64,000 nt of DNA from Malacoraja senta (taxonomy: Eukaryota). Shown here piece after piece: positions 12,975 to 25,130 of the stretch. The translations under genes were made by a program, and so were the position numbers. Numbering within the stretch: the stretch's first letter is position 1; the number at the start of each line of letters is the position of its first letter. The notes beneath the pieces are model-generated. The model ran no database searches. It was given only the letters and a program-made list of their open reading frames with translations, and had not been told where the DNA came from. The stretch spans positions 1 to 64,000 of the forward strand of contig JAXLNO010002693.1 in the NCBI GenBank assembly GCA_038087875.1, written 5' to 3'.

Positions 12975-13361
12975 CTTCCACATACACCGTCGTATACACC
13001 CCAGAGTGAACGTGTCCAACATTGAGCTCCAGGCTGCACCCGTACGCATAATGGTCACTCAGGCTCGTTTGCTTAACCATCATCGAGGCATCTCCCTGCC
13101 TGAGGTTTCCCACGAATCTGAACCGACCCCCTCCGGCCTCCTGTGCCACTTCACCGCACCGGCAGCGGCCGGGACCGGCATATGTGCAGTTATACACAAA
13201 GCTGGAAGACGTGCGTGTCACCCTATTCCACAGCACGGAGCCGGTGAGGTCGTGATCAATGTGTGGGTGGGTGAATGTACACGGCAAAACAGGGGAGGCC
13301 CCTTCCACGGCAAACACCACATCCGGCCCGGATATTGTCCAACCATCGTTGCACGAAACGT
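12975..13361 (-). CDS. SIGLEC15-like V-set exon, copy 2 (open frame, intact splice sites)
   Basis: 387 nt, phase 1-1; acceptor tttccag|AC, donor G|gtgaga; GWTISGPDVVFAVEGASPVLPCTFTHPH...SVLW...YNC...RCRC...RFRFVGNLRQGDAS...YGCSLEL; LPCTFTHPH matches SIGLEC15. Confidence 0.85.
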
Positions 13362-13377
13362 CTGGAAAGAGAGGGAG

Positions 13378-13395
13378 AGAGAGAGCGAGCGAGCG

Positions 13396-13432
<37 letters not shown>
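13378..13432. repeat. (GA)n/(GAGC)n microsatellite in the acceptor polypyrimidine tract of the copy 2 V exon
   Basis: gagagagcgagcgagcgagcgagagagag... directly visible. Confidence 0.95.
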
Positions 13433-13515
13433 CAGGGAGAGTGCGAGAGAGCAACGTCCTTACCCCTGCAACGTCCTTACCCCTGCAACGTCCTTACTTT
13501 CACATACTGTACGGG

Positions 13516-13651
13516 GTGGGAGATTCCAAGCTTCATGTGGTCCGTCCTGTTTCGACGAATGCAATCAACCCGGCGTGCACAATCAAATAAATTGAAATAG
13601 AACAAGTTGACCTACAACTTTAGCCTGTGCACGCCATACGCAAGAAGAAGA
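13516..13651 (+). mobile_element. Short interspersed element with (AAG)n tail, copy 2
   Basis: Homologous to 335-470. Confidence 0.65.
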
Positions 13652-14297
13652 TATACTGTACGTACGGTTAAATTTGCCCGTCTCCTACGCCGCTCCCGCT
13701 CCAGCTGCCGGCCCCAGTGGAACCGCTCCCTGCGAGGACTCATATCCCCCAGCCACACACTTGGTTCCTTGGCCAATCACCCCCATTCTCTATCGTCATC
13801 TCTTCTCTGTCCACCAATGGTAACGACCTCCCTGTACACGATGTTAAATCCCTCCATTAGATCTCCTCCCGACCTCAGTGTTAGGAGCTGGAAACCAGTC
13901 GGCCCCTCCATCTCGCACCTCCGGTCAATAACATCGCGGCTGCTCTGCTGTTAATTCTCTCCCCACATCCCCGCCTGCTCCCGGCAATCTCGCCCCCTCT
14001 TGCTTATCGAGAGCCTTGCTCTGTTTTCTGAAAGGCGGTCGCCATACGCATTTTCCTCCATTTGCCCCGCCACCCGGTCACCCTCACCAGTGGATCGGTG
14101 GGTCAAGAGCGCGCTTCACCACCACCTTCTGAAGGACACTTTATGGACAATATCATCACCTTCCCCACCCGCCCCACCGCATCCATTGACAGACCTCAGC
14201 CAAAGTACAAACTGCTGGAGCGCGGACCGAGTGCGAACCGGTACATTGGGAGAGATGACGAGACAGAGGAGATAACAAGATCAACAAAAACACCTAC

Positions 14298-14367
14298 TGT
14301 AACCGTGGACTGAGACGGCGAGCAGGACGGTGCAGAGACAAACGCGGAGAGAGCGCATCGCCAACAT
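14298..14367 (-). CDS. SIGLEC15-like leader exon, copy 2 (intact)
   Basis: MLAMRSLRVCLCTVLLAVSVHGY + A|gtaggt; phase 1, compatible with the V exon at 13361. Confidence 0.8.
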
Positions 14368-14399
14368 TTCAGTGTGGAGTCCACCTCACCCACTGCTGT

Positions 14400-14460
14400 T
14401 AGATTCTTGACGCTGAAATGCAGAACTTGCTCTATAAGTTCCTTCACTTCCTGCCAAGAG
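14400..14460 (-). promoter_or_regulatory. Putative promoter of copy 2 with ETS-like GGAAGT site
   Basis: Minus strand gcaggaagtgaaggaacttatagagcaagttctgcatttcagcgtcaagaa; similar at 3470-3510, 31900-31930 (partial) and 32095-32150. Confidence 0.45.
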
Positions 14461-14829
14461 ATGAGGAACTGTTCTAATTATTTATAATTCGTTACTTCTA
14501 GCGGAGCATTGTTATGAGCAAAACGTAAGTTACTGCAATAACTCATCTTGCATCAAGCTGCATCTCTGAAAGGAAATGGACAGACTCTGCACTCAGTCCC
14601 CGACCCGACATTTTATTCGTCCACGTTCCTCCCTAGATGCAGCTGACCCGTTGTTCAGTCTGAAGAAGTGTCTCGACCCGGAAGGTCACCCATTTCTTCT
14701 CTCTAGAGATGCGGTCTGTCCCGCTGAGTTACTCCAGCATTTTGTGTCTACCGTCGACGCAGCTGACCCGTTGAGTTCCTCCAGCATTTTGGACCCGGAC
14801 TTACTAACCTAGGCCAGGTAAACAGGTTT

Positions 14830-15700
14830 GGACCAACTTAATCCCCTTCAAGAATAATCCCCATGAACACATAAGTACAACTTCTAGCATAAAGGAAGCC
14901 GGCTGACGTTGCAGATTGTACTTTGCACAATGTTGGTGCATTTCAATTCTCCAAATGTGTAGATGAGGGAAACGGTGCAACTCAATCTATGCATGTTGTT
15001 CTACGCACCTCTCTTGTTTGCTTTAACGAATGCTGTGCGGAGGATGTGTGTTTTATGTATCCTCTTTGGGGATATACAGTAGTGTGTTCTACTTCTTCAT
15101 TTACCTGTGACGCCCCGTAATCCCATTCTATCTGTGACCCCTCTGATCCACCTCCCAATGGGATAACAAGAACAAAGTTTGTTTGGTGACAGCCATTTTT
15201 GGTTGAACCCTGTTTCATCACCAGCCATCAGCCAGCCATTCACACTGATCCCTCATTAATCCCATTCAGTCCAATACAGGTTGTATATCACACCCGGGCA
15301 CCCGTCATATCGGTTTGCTTCTATTCATCCTGAGGCTGTGAACAATGTTCCTGGACATTACTGTTTTTTTAATGAGAAAGTGAATCTAAAGAATGAATCA
15401 CACGTTTTCACGCTACAGTGTGAGCGACAGCAGAACTCAACAAAGACAACCCCACAGTCTTCACCAACAGCTCATTTGCTCTCTCGCGGTTTTCTTTTCT
15501 TGACACTGAAATGCAAAAGTTGAGCAGAGAGAAAAGCCATTCAAGGGATGTGAGGCACGACAGCAAACTTTGCCTCCAGGGAATCCTACCATGACGATAG
15601 GGAAGCACTGCAATGAACGTCATGGGTGAAGGATCCAAAAATGTTAACTTCCTCCCAAAGTGAAGCAGTGTGAAGCGGATAGGGCACACAGAGAGGTGTA
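14830..15700 (-). pseudogene. Type-B relic module 2
   Basis: Leader-like GCLC*VLLSLTL*REN at ~15400-15450; homologous to 4340-5300. Confidence 0.45.
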
Positions 15701-16904
15701 AGTGGATTATGTAATTTCAAGCGGAAAGTTTATGCTGGTTTAAACTGAAGATAGTCACAAAATGCTGGAGCATTTCTGGATAGAAGGAAGGGGTAACTTT
15801 TCGGGTCGAATCTGAAGCAGGGTCTCGACCCGAAACGTCAACCATTCCTTCTATCCAGAGCAGCTGCATGTCCCGATGTGTTACTCCCGCATTTTGTATC
15901 TATCAGACGAAGCCTGAAGTCAGTTCCGGACCCGATACATCTGTCCATTTCCCTCCATTGATGCTGCCTGGGCCCTGAGTTCCTCCAGCACTTTGTGTGT
16001 TCGCTGAAGATTCCAGCATTTGTTGTCCCTTGTGTCCCAGGGTTAGCGTCCTGGTGTAATGTAGTGCTGAAAGAGGTCATGCCCAACATGTCCACAATGA
16101 CCATGGAGTATCCATCTATGGTAATGCGAGTGCCCCCTGAGAAATACAGAGAAAGTCGAAGAGCTTTTCAAGAAGACATTTGGAGGGTAAATTGGAAATA
16201 TCACTGGCAGAGAAGATTAATAAAAATCTCGTTCACCTTAGAAAGTCGGACAAGGAATGCAAAGTGATCTATTTTGTTAAGCTGAACCAGAGCAAAACTG
16301 ACACAGTGAATAAGAGGCTCATAAGTTCATGTGATTGGAGTAGAATGAGACCATTTGGCTCATCAAGTCTACTCCGCCGTTCAATCATGGCTGATCTATC
16401 TTTTCCTCTCAACCACATTCTCTTGCCTTTTGCCCAATGTCCTGTCATATATTAATCAAGAATCTATCAATCTCTGCCTTAAAAATATCCGCTAATTTGG
16501 ACTTTCGATGGCAATGAATTCCACTGATTCACCACTCTCTGGCTAAATAAATGTATCCTAGTCTCCTTTCTAAAGGCACGTCCTGTTATTCCGAAGCCAT
16601 GGCCTCTGGTCCCAGACTCTCCCGCTGGTGGAAACATCCTCATCTGGAGAGTGTTTCAAAACAGCGACCTAGTTGAACAATGATATAGTTCCCTGGGGTT
16701 GACAGTTAGACACGATGGTGAAGAAGGCGTATGGCACGCTAGCCGTCATCGGTCGGCACATTCAATAATATAAGTGGGGGTCATGTGACAGCCGTTCAGG
16801 AGTTGGACGAACCTAAGATTTGAGGAGAGTGTGGTCTCTGCGGAAAGCGTAAGTGGGTGTGAATGAGAAGATGATGGGATCGCGGTCAAGCAAACGGGGT
16901 TGAC

Positions 16905-18920
16905 CTAACTTAATCCCTTGCAAGAGCAATCCCTATGAACACACGTGCAACTCCCAGCATCAAGGAAGCCGGCTGACGTTGGAGAATGTACTTTGCACAA
17001 TATTGGGGGATAGAGTGTGTTCTGCTTCTTTACTTCCTCGTGATGCCCGGTAATCCCACCCGTGACCTCTCTTTTGGAGCTCCCATTGGGATAACATGAA
17101 CAATTATTGTGCAATGTTTGTTTGGAGGCAGCCAGTTTAAGCTGAATCCCGTGGGCACTCCTCGTATAACTTCATCGGTCTTCCAGCATCAGGGCCATTT
17201 CAACTCTGTGTTTGGTAGTGTCCCAATCCCGTTAACTCAGATTTCCGGTGACATCTCCAGTCCCCCATAGAACAATGCAACTGGAGGCCGGGGTTTGATC
17301 GGGCAGCAATAGGAGGGATCTACTTCTGCAGAAAAAGTCCCGGACACTCACCGACCGCCGGTGGAGTCCAAGTTTCACTCCCATCCTGGATCTCCTCCCC
17401 AATTCCTGGGTGCCCTCTGCTATCAACAAGATCTCACGAGTGTTTAATTGTCACATGCACCATGACAACAATGACATTGCTGCTGTAACACTGCAGGTCC
17501 ACTAAATGCAAGAACAAAACTGTAAGTTTGAGGTAAGTTGTCAGTTATGCTTGTAAACCAAACCATAGCAGTGCAAGCCGCAGTAATGGAACCTCAGTGC
17601 AAAGTTCTTCGTGTTTTGGCCCGGAGGTTGGCTTGTGGTCCGGATGCTGAATGTGGTTCAGCAGCGTGATGGTTGTGGACAGCCTGATTGCATTCGTGTA
17701 AAGTTCTTTGATGGACAGCAGGCAATATAAAAGGCTTTCACTGTACCTCGATACATGTGACAATAATAAAGTAAAGTAAAATAAAGTAAAACAAAGTAAA
17801 GTAAACTGAAAACCTGTTCTTTAAACATACAATCATGGCTCTCATGTCCCTGCATCTTCCTCTTGGTACGAGCAGTGAGATAAGAACGTGAGCAGGGTAG
17901 TGTTGATATTTGATGACATTAGCTGTATTGTTGAGCCCAGCGTTCATGTAGACCCTTCATGCTGTTCCGTATGTCACTGTTCATGGCTCCCGGCATCTAC
18001 AGGGAGATCGCTGACGCTCTATTGTTCGGGAAGACAAAGGCCAGGGCGATTGAAGCAACAATTATAGAAAGATGTACGAATACAGGCCATCCAACCCTCC
18101 AAGTATGCGCCGATGGAGATGAGGAGGAATTTATTTAGTCAGAGGGAGGTGAATCTGTGGAAGCTATTACCACGGAATCGCTGTGGAGGCCGAATCAATG
18201 GATATTTTTAAGGCGGAGATTAACAGATTCTTGATTGGTCCGGGAATCAGGGGTTATGGGGTGAAGGCAGGAGAGTGCGATTGAGAGAAAATATAGATTA
18301 GCCATGATTGAATGGCGGAGTAGATTTGATGGGCCGAATGGCCTAATTTAGCTCCAATTACTTATTAATATGAACTGATGAGTCATCAACCACCCATTCG
18401 CATGAATCCCACATTAACCCCATTCAACCCAAAGCAAGCCGCATCTCACTCCGGGGTACATATCATTTCGGGTTATTTCCATGTATCCTGAGGCTGTAAG
18501 CTATTTTTCTGGACTTCACGGTTTGTGTGAAGAAATAAATGTAACACATGAATAACCCGCTGTCACCCTGCAACGAGAGCGATACCTGGGCCCTGCAAAG
18601 ACAAACCTATAGGCCTTTCGTCAGAGACAGCTCAGTTGCTGCTCTCTCGCGGATTCGTCATTGTTTTTTTTAATTTCTGAGAAATACATTATTTCGTCAT
18701 TTGTTGCCCAATGTTCAGGCAGCACTAAACTACAACAATGACATTCACGACTAAAAGGAAGCAGGAGCCATAGCAGAGAGCAAAGTCATTCTCGGAATAA
18801 AAACAACAGCAACCTCTGCCTCCATGCGAATGCTTTATTTAATGTACGAAAGCGCTCCAATGAATGTCGGAGGTCAAGAATCAAAAAAATGTTCACTTCC
18901 TACCAAGCGGAATCAGTGTG
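16905..18920 (-). pseudogene. Type-B relic module 3 (split by repeat insertions at 17130-18400)
   Basis: Leader-like VCLCRAQVSLSLQGDS at ~18555-18610; Ig-like NVSRL/LDAGSCTCV at ~16935-16985. Confidence 0.45.
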
Positions 18921-19799
18921 AGACTGATCAGTCTGAAGATGGGTCTCGACCCGAAACGTCACCCATTCCTTCTCTCCAGAGTTGCTGCCTGTCCCGCTGA
19001 GTTGCGCCAGCCTTATATGTCTACCTGCGTTTACTTGTGGCCGTCAGTGATAGGAGAGGTAGCGGAGAGCCCTGTGCTTGTGTCCCAGGTATTGACAAAT
19101 TCTCCAGTGTCAACACCGGGGCCGGTTTACTGCTTAAAGCATTTCGCAATGAACCCAAGCATTTTCAAATAAGTGTCCGGAACCGGTCACTGTTGAGTTT
19201 AAAGGGAGCGAGGAAACTAGGGTCCGTGTGAGCTTACTTTACCTTATTTTATTTTGGGTTAGTTTAGCAGAGTTTACTTTACTTCACTTTGGATTATATT
19301 AGATAGTTTATGACTGTCACATCTACAGATGTACAGTGAGAAGCTTTTATCTGCGTGCTATCCAGTCAAAGAGATTACTTTACATGAATAGAAGCAATAG
19401 GTCCGCAGTGCACAGATACAGGTTAAAGGATAAACAGTTATACAACATTTAGTGTAAGGTAAAGTCGGATACAATGAGATGAAAGCGATGCTGGAGTAAC
19501 TCGGGGAAGAAAACCAATTATCATGCCTGTTTAGCGTCTTCCAGGTGGGAAAGATGAGAGGCGCGAATGGCAATGTTGGCGTGTGTCTTTGGGGGTATTA
19601 GCTGCATTGTTGAAGTCTTCTGTTGACCAATCTCGAGCATATTTCGCATTTCATGGCTAATTGCAGCTGAAGGGAGATTTCTGAAACTCTGTTGTCGAGG
19701 AAGACAAGGGACAGGGCGGTGGAGCAAGATGGATAGAGAAATGTAGCTGGGCAGCAGGTCCCAGTCCCAACCTCCACCCCCCCCCGAGTCTGCACCAAC

Positions 19800-20350
19800 C
19801 ATCAGCCACCCATGCACACTGATCCCACATTAATCCAATTTAGTCCAATAGAGACTGCACTTCACTCCCCAGTACATGTCATATCGATTTGGCTCTTTAG
19901 ACCCTGACGCCGTGGACTCTGCTTCTGGACTTTACAGTTTGTGTGAGGAGGTAAATGTTAGGAATGAACCACCCGTTGTCACGCTGCAATGTCAGTGACA
20001 ACTGGACCCAGCAAAGACAAACACACAGATATTTGTTTATCAATATCTCAGTGCTGTGACCTCCTCGCTCTGCTGTTTATATCCTGACGCTGAAATGCAG
20101 AAGTTGATCCTTCGTTTGCTGCAGAATGTCTAGAAGCTGCTAAACTACAAAACGAACATTAATGGCACAAACGAAGCAGGTTGTAGAACAGAGCGCAAAT
20201 GTTTCTAAGAACCTAAGTGAACAACAACAACAACCTCTTCCCCCATGGGAATCATACTTTTAATGCAGAGAAACATTCCAGTGAACGCCAGGGTGAAGCA
20301 TCCACAAATGTTCACTTCTTGCCACACGGAAGCAGCGTGAGACAGACAGA
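19800..20350 (-). pseudogene. Type-B relic module 4 (promoter/leader only)
   Basis: Leader-like VCLCWVQLSLTLQRDN at ~19970-20025; promoter-like tcctgacgctgaaatgcagaagttg at ~20081-20105. Confidence 0.45.
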
Positions 20351-20439
20351 CACAGGGAGGAGTGAGTGAGTGTTTATCCGTGAGTGGGGTTACAGAGAGA
20401 TCTGTGTTTGTGCTCCAGCAATTGATAAGCGTGCACAGA

Positions 20440-20770
20440 ATCTCTTGTCCAGAGTAGGGGAATTGAGGACCAGAGGACATGGGTTCAAGGTGAAGGGCAA
20501 AAGATTTAATACGAATCAGAGTGGTACCCTTTTCACACAAAGGGTGGTGTGTGTATGGAACAAGCTGCCAGATGAGGTAGCTGAGGCTGGAACTATTCCA
20601 AGGTTTAAGAAACAGTTGGACATGTACATGGATAGAACAAGTTTGGAGGGATATGGATCAAGCGCAGGCAAGTGGGACTAGTGTAGCTGGGACATGTTGG
20701 CCGGTGTGGGCAAGTTGGGCCGAAGGGCCCGTTTCCACACTGTATCACTCTATGACTCTAAACTGTCTTA
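20440..20770 (+). mobile_element. CR1/L2-type LINE 3' end
   Basis: RTRGHGFKVKGKRF...FTQRVVCVWNKLP, tail ctgtatcactctatgactcta. Confidence 0.8.
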
Positions 20771-20795
20771 TGACACAACAGAAAAGACATAAAGC

Positions 20796-20990
20796 GCTGG
20801 AGTAACTCAGCGGGTCAGGCCGCATCTCTGGAGAACATGGATAGGTGACGTTTCACAGAGTGCTGGAGTATCTCAGCGGGTCAGGCAGCATCTCTGGAGA
20901 ACATGGATACGTGACGTTTCACAGAGTGCTGGAGTAACTCGGCGAGTCAGGCAGCATCTCTGGAGAACATGGATTGGTGACGTTTCTGGT
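20796..20990 (+). repeat. Three tandem 66-bp units of the Penelope-associated motif
   Basis: gctggagta starts at 20796, 20862 and 20928. Confidence 0.9.
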
Positions 20991-21029
20991 CGGGACCATT
21001 CTTCAGTGTGGAGATTACAATGATATAGT

Positions 21030-22060
21030 AAGTGGCGGCGCTGCCTTAGCAGCTGCGGCTCCCCTGCAGTCCGTCTGTTGTTTTTCGTTTTTGTTGTTTT
21101 CTTCTGTCCTGTTTTAGTTAATTTTAGTTTATTGGGTTGTGTATGTGTGTGTGTGGGGGGGGGGGGGTGGGGTGGATGGGAGACACATGGTTTTGTTCTC
21201 TTCCTTCGGGGGAATGCGACCTTTTCTTGTCGTATCCCCCGTCTCCGTCTCCGTCTGCGCTGAGGCCTAATGGCGGAGCTGGCGGCCTCCAACTGGGTCC
21301 GACCTCGAGGCACCGGAGCAGAGCCAGCCAGGACTTACGAGCGCGAGGCTGGCCGACTTCGGGGCTGTGGCGGCGTACCGACGTTCCGGTGGCGGCGACC
21401 CGACTTAGGAGCTGTGTCGGCGTTCCGGCGCGGCGGCGACCCGATTTCGGAGCTGTGGCGGCGTTCCGGCATACCGGCGACGGCGGCGACCCGACTTCGG
21501 AGCTGTGGCGGCGACCCGACTTCGGAGCTGTGGCGGCGTTCCGGCGGCGACCCGACTTCGGAGCTGTGGCGGCGTACCGACGTTCCGGCGGCGGCCCGAC
21601 TGCGGAGGCTCGGCCGCGGGCCCAGTGGACGACATCGTCGGGACCTCGCAGGTCACAGGTTGGTGACCTGTTTTTTCCGGAGCTCACGCAACAACAGCTT
21701 CGTCCGCTGGACTGGAGGGCGGCAGCTTCGGCAGATTCGACCACCCCGGGCCGCGGAGTTTGAACCGGCCCGTTCGCGGAGCTCGGATTCAGCCGCGGGA
21801 CTGACTTACTTACCATCACCCGGCGGGGTCACAACATCGAAAGCCTGGATCGCCTCAGCGCAGAGGGAGAACAAGGAGGGAAGAGACAAAGACTTTAAGA
21901 CTTTTGCCTTGCATCACAGTGAATAGGTGCCTGGTGAACTCACTGTGGTGGATGTTAAATTTGTGTTTATTGTGTGTTTTTGCTATTTTATTATATGCAT
22001 GACTGCAAGGCAACGAAATTTCGTTCAGACCGGAAGGTCTGAATGACAATAAAGGATACT
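21030..22060 (+). mobile_element. Non-autonomous interspersed repeat with internal GC-rich ~33-bp minisatellite (21345-21605)
   Basis: Unit cggcgacccgacttcggagctgtggcggcgttc; 3' end ...tgaatgacaataaagg resembles Rex/L2-type tails. Confidence 0.55.
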
Positions 22061-22588
22061 TTACTTTAGTTGAGAGATACAGCGCGGAAACATGCCGCGC
22101 CCGCACAGAACAGCGATCCCGCACACTAACACTGTCCGACACAAACTAGAGACAATTTACATTTATATCATGCCTATTAACCTACAAACGTGTACGTCTT
22201 TTAAAATGTGAGAGGAAACCGAAGATCTCGGAAAATAACTACGCGGTCACAGGAGAAATACAAACTCCGTACAGACTGCACCCGTAGTCTTGATCGAACT
22301 CGGGGCCCTGGCGCTGTAAGCGTTGTATAAGGCAACAACAACACCGCACCACTGTACAGGAACCACCGTGACAGGAATTAAAAACTTTACAGCATAAATG
22401 TTATCCTCGTACATAGTCGTACATTGACATCGTTCCCAAACTCCCCGTCTCTCACTGCTACATCGATGAACGCATTGGAGCCTTTTTTTCATGCACCCGA
22501 ACAGAACTCGCCAATTTCATTAATTTCATCATCTATCTCCACCTGTTCCGAAATACATGGATCATCTCTGGCACCTCTCTCCCATTAT

Positions 22589-22948
22589 NNNNNNNNNNNN
22601 NNNNNNNNNNNNNNNNNNNNNNNNNNNNNNNNNNNNNNNNNNNNNNNNNNNNNNNNNNNNNNNNNNNNNNNNNNNNNNNNNNNNNNNNNNNNNNNNNNNN
22701 NNNNNNNNNNNNNNNNNNNNNNNNNNNNNNNNNNNNNNNNNNNNNNNNNNNNNNNNNNNNNNNNNNNNNNNNNNNNNNNNNNNNNNNNNNNNNNNNNNNN
22801 NNNNNNNNNNNNNNNNNNNNNNNNNNNNNNNNNNNNNNNNNNNNNNNNNNNNNNNNNNNNNNNNNNNNNNNNNNNNNNNNNNNNNNNNNNNNNNNNNNNN
22901 NNNNNNNNNNNNNNNNNNNNNNNNNNNNNNNNNNNNNNNNNNNNNNNN
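22589..22948. other. Assembly gap (360 N)
   Basis: N run. Confidence 1.
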
Positions 22949-24789
22949 CACCCACCCTCTCTCTCTTTATCTCTCACATTTTAATGCATTTATTTTCTGG
23001 GTTATTGCGTTAATGTGCCCATAAAATTATAGCAAATACGAATTTCGTTGATCCCTTCCTGGTGCGAATGACATATAAACACTCCTGACTTGCCCATCCA
23101 GCCATTCTGCTCTTCATTCCCACTTCGGATCCCGCCCACTCCCGGTAACCTGTCATCCTCTTGCCTACCGAGCGCCTCACTGTGTGTCGTCAAAACTGAT
23201 ATCCATGTTCATCTCTGTTCAGCTCCCCTAGCACTGAGTGAACTATACGCGCGCACCGCGGCTCTCTGTCCTCAGGGCCTACCACGTCGCTTCCCCTCAT
23301 TCTTTTCGGCCAACGGAACATTATGTCGGTGTGGGGACATAATGTTCCCGTTAAATTGAGGAAGTTGTGCCGAAAAGCCGGTTTACACTATGACTCTATG
23401 CTTCCATTTCCAGCACTCGCAGTGTCGAGTGTCAAGTTAATTGCTGGACATATTCCATCTATAATGCCGTGTTTATATTGTAGTCACATCATGGCATTCC
23501 TGTGATTGTTCTAATTTACTGTAGCGCCGTTCTATTATATTTCACCACATGGGCGGTAGTGCAGCAGTTAGAGATGCTACCTCCCTACGCCCGCAATCGC
23601 TGATTCAATCCTAACCTCGGATGCTGTCTGTGTGGAGCTTGCATGAACTCCCTGTGATCATGTTGGATTCAACGGGTGCTCCCAATTTCACCCCACCTCG
23701 CAAAGGCGTGCGGGTCAGTAGTCTAATTGATAGATTTAAATTGCCCCACATTTGGTTGGCAGCAGTATCGGGGGACGTCATTTGCTGGGCATACATGAGG
23801 GAGCAAGTTACATGGAAAGAGACGAGGAGTGGTGTTGATGGGATTGCTCTGCTGGATCCTATTGGCCCAATGGCCTGCATTTGAGGTATGATAGATATGT
23901 CAGAATAGTAAGTAAATTGAAACTTTGTTCCAGATAAACCAAATCAAATAAATGACAGATAAATGTATTTAATATGAATTTTATACATTGACTGTATTAT
24001 TTTCCAATCTATTTAAAAAACAAATCTAATAGCGACTAGTCTAACGTAAATTCCACTGTTATCTTTGACACCGGTGGGCGGGGTGACCGCACTCACTTTA
24101 AACTCGCCGCGGTATCGCTTCCTTGATATTCACCGGCTTCACGAGAAACATTTAGATAGGTACATGCATTTGTTACGTTTAAAGATATGTTGTTGCAACG
24201 CAGGCAGGTGGGACGGGTGTAGAAAGGACATGTTTGTTGGTGTGGTCAGGTTGGGCCGAAGGGCCTGTTTCCACGCTGTATCATTCTATGACTCTCTGAC
24301 TCATTGGACAAAACAGCAAAAAGTAAGTAAGTCAATGTATGGCGGTGCATAAATGGAAATGACAACCAATAATCCAGAAAATCGCCCAGTCCGGCATCAT
24401 CATAGTCTGCAGTGTGCCAGAATAAAGCGCGCATTTGTGTCATCATTAAGTGTTTCACAGTGGCACATTGAAACATCAGTAACACGCACAGTGTGACATC
24501 AAGGTGTACCCTAGAGATCATTAACTAGCCAATGTTTGCAGACGGTACCCTGAGTCACAACGAATGAGTGCAATGAGAAGAGTAGATTAGATCAGCTGAC
24601 AGTTTCAGCGAGGGCAACATGGGCTGGTAAATAATGTTGATGGAAAACTGCGCTTGTCGGCCTCCTGCGCTGGATTAGACTCGACCTGCTTTGAGGAAAT
24701 TATATGACCGATTAAAACGTGAGACTCGGTAATTGTTCAACAAAACCACCTTTAACAATTCCGTTAATATCCATCAGATAATCTGTGAA

Positions 24790-25130
24790 TAGATTTAGAT
24801 CGAGACGAACAAATCTCTCCTGAGTGTAGATTTCGTTGTCAGTGTCGGCGTTGGACAACAAAATTTCAGTTGGACCCACAGACACATAACTTCAATAACT
24901 GAGCGAATGAAGTGTATCAAATGGACGTGTTTATTATCAGGTGAACTGTCTTGGGTTATAGAATGATATTGTTCAGATGGTAAACGGGAACAGCTATGGC
25001 AGATGGAATTAATCCCGACAAAAGAATGTATTGCGTGTTGCTTGGACAAATCGGCGTAGGACATAACCATTCAATGTAATGGTCCATGCGAATACTGAGG
25101 AACAGTGATATCTTGGTGTGAAAATCCCAG
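24790..25130 (-). mobile_element. Highly decayed LTR-retroelement/ERV integrase-like relic
   Basis: Across frames: IRMDHYIE...QYILL, SSPDN..HFIRSVIEVMC...LKFCCP, resembling the integrase core LQMDFIE...YCLV...SDNGxHF...VI..LC...HCAYHP. Confidence 0.4.

Noticed and set aside
12886-13600. Plus-strand 234-aa ORF (similarly 30787-31218 and 8276-8626)
   Set aside because: Antisense shadows of the minus-strand Ig exons
13680-14160. Conserved block between leader and V1 (also 2700-3220) as an extra exon
   Set aside because: Resembles decayed CR1/L2 sequence, has stops and lacks consistent splice sites; shared only through segmental duplication
21124-21926. Three overlapping 208-231 aa ORFs
   Set aside because: GC-rich minisatellite within an interspersed repeat; open on both strands, no domain signature
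22424-23024. ORFs spanning the N run (also 61877-62384)
   Set aside because: Artefacts of assembly gaps
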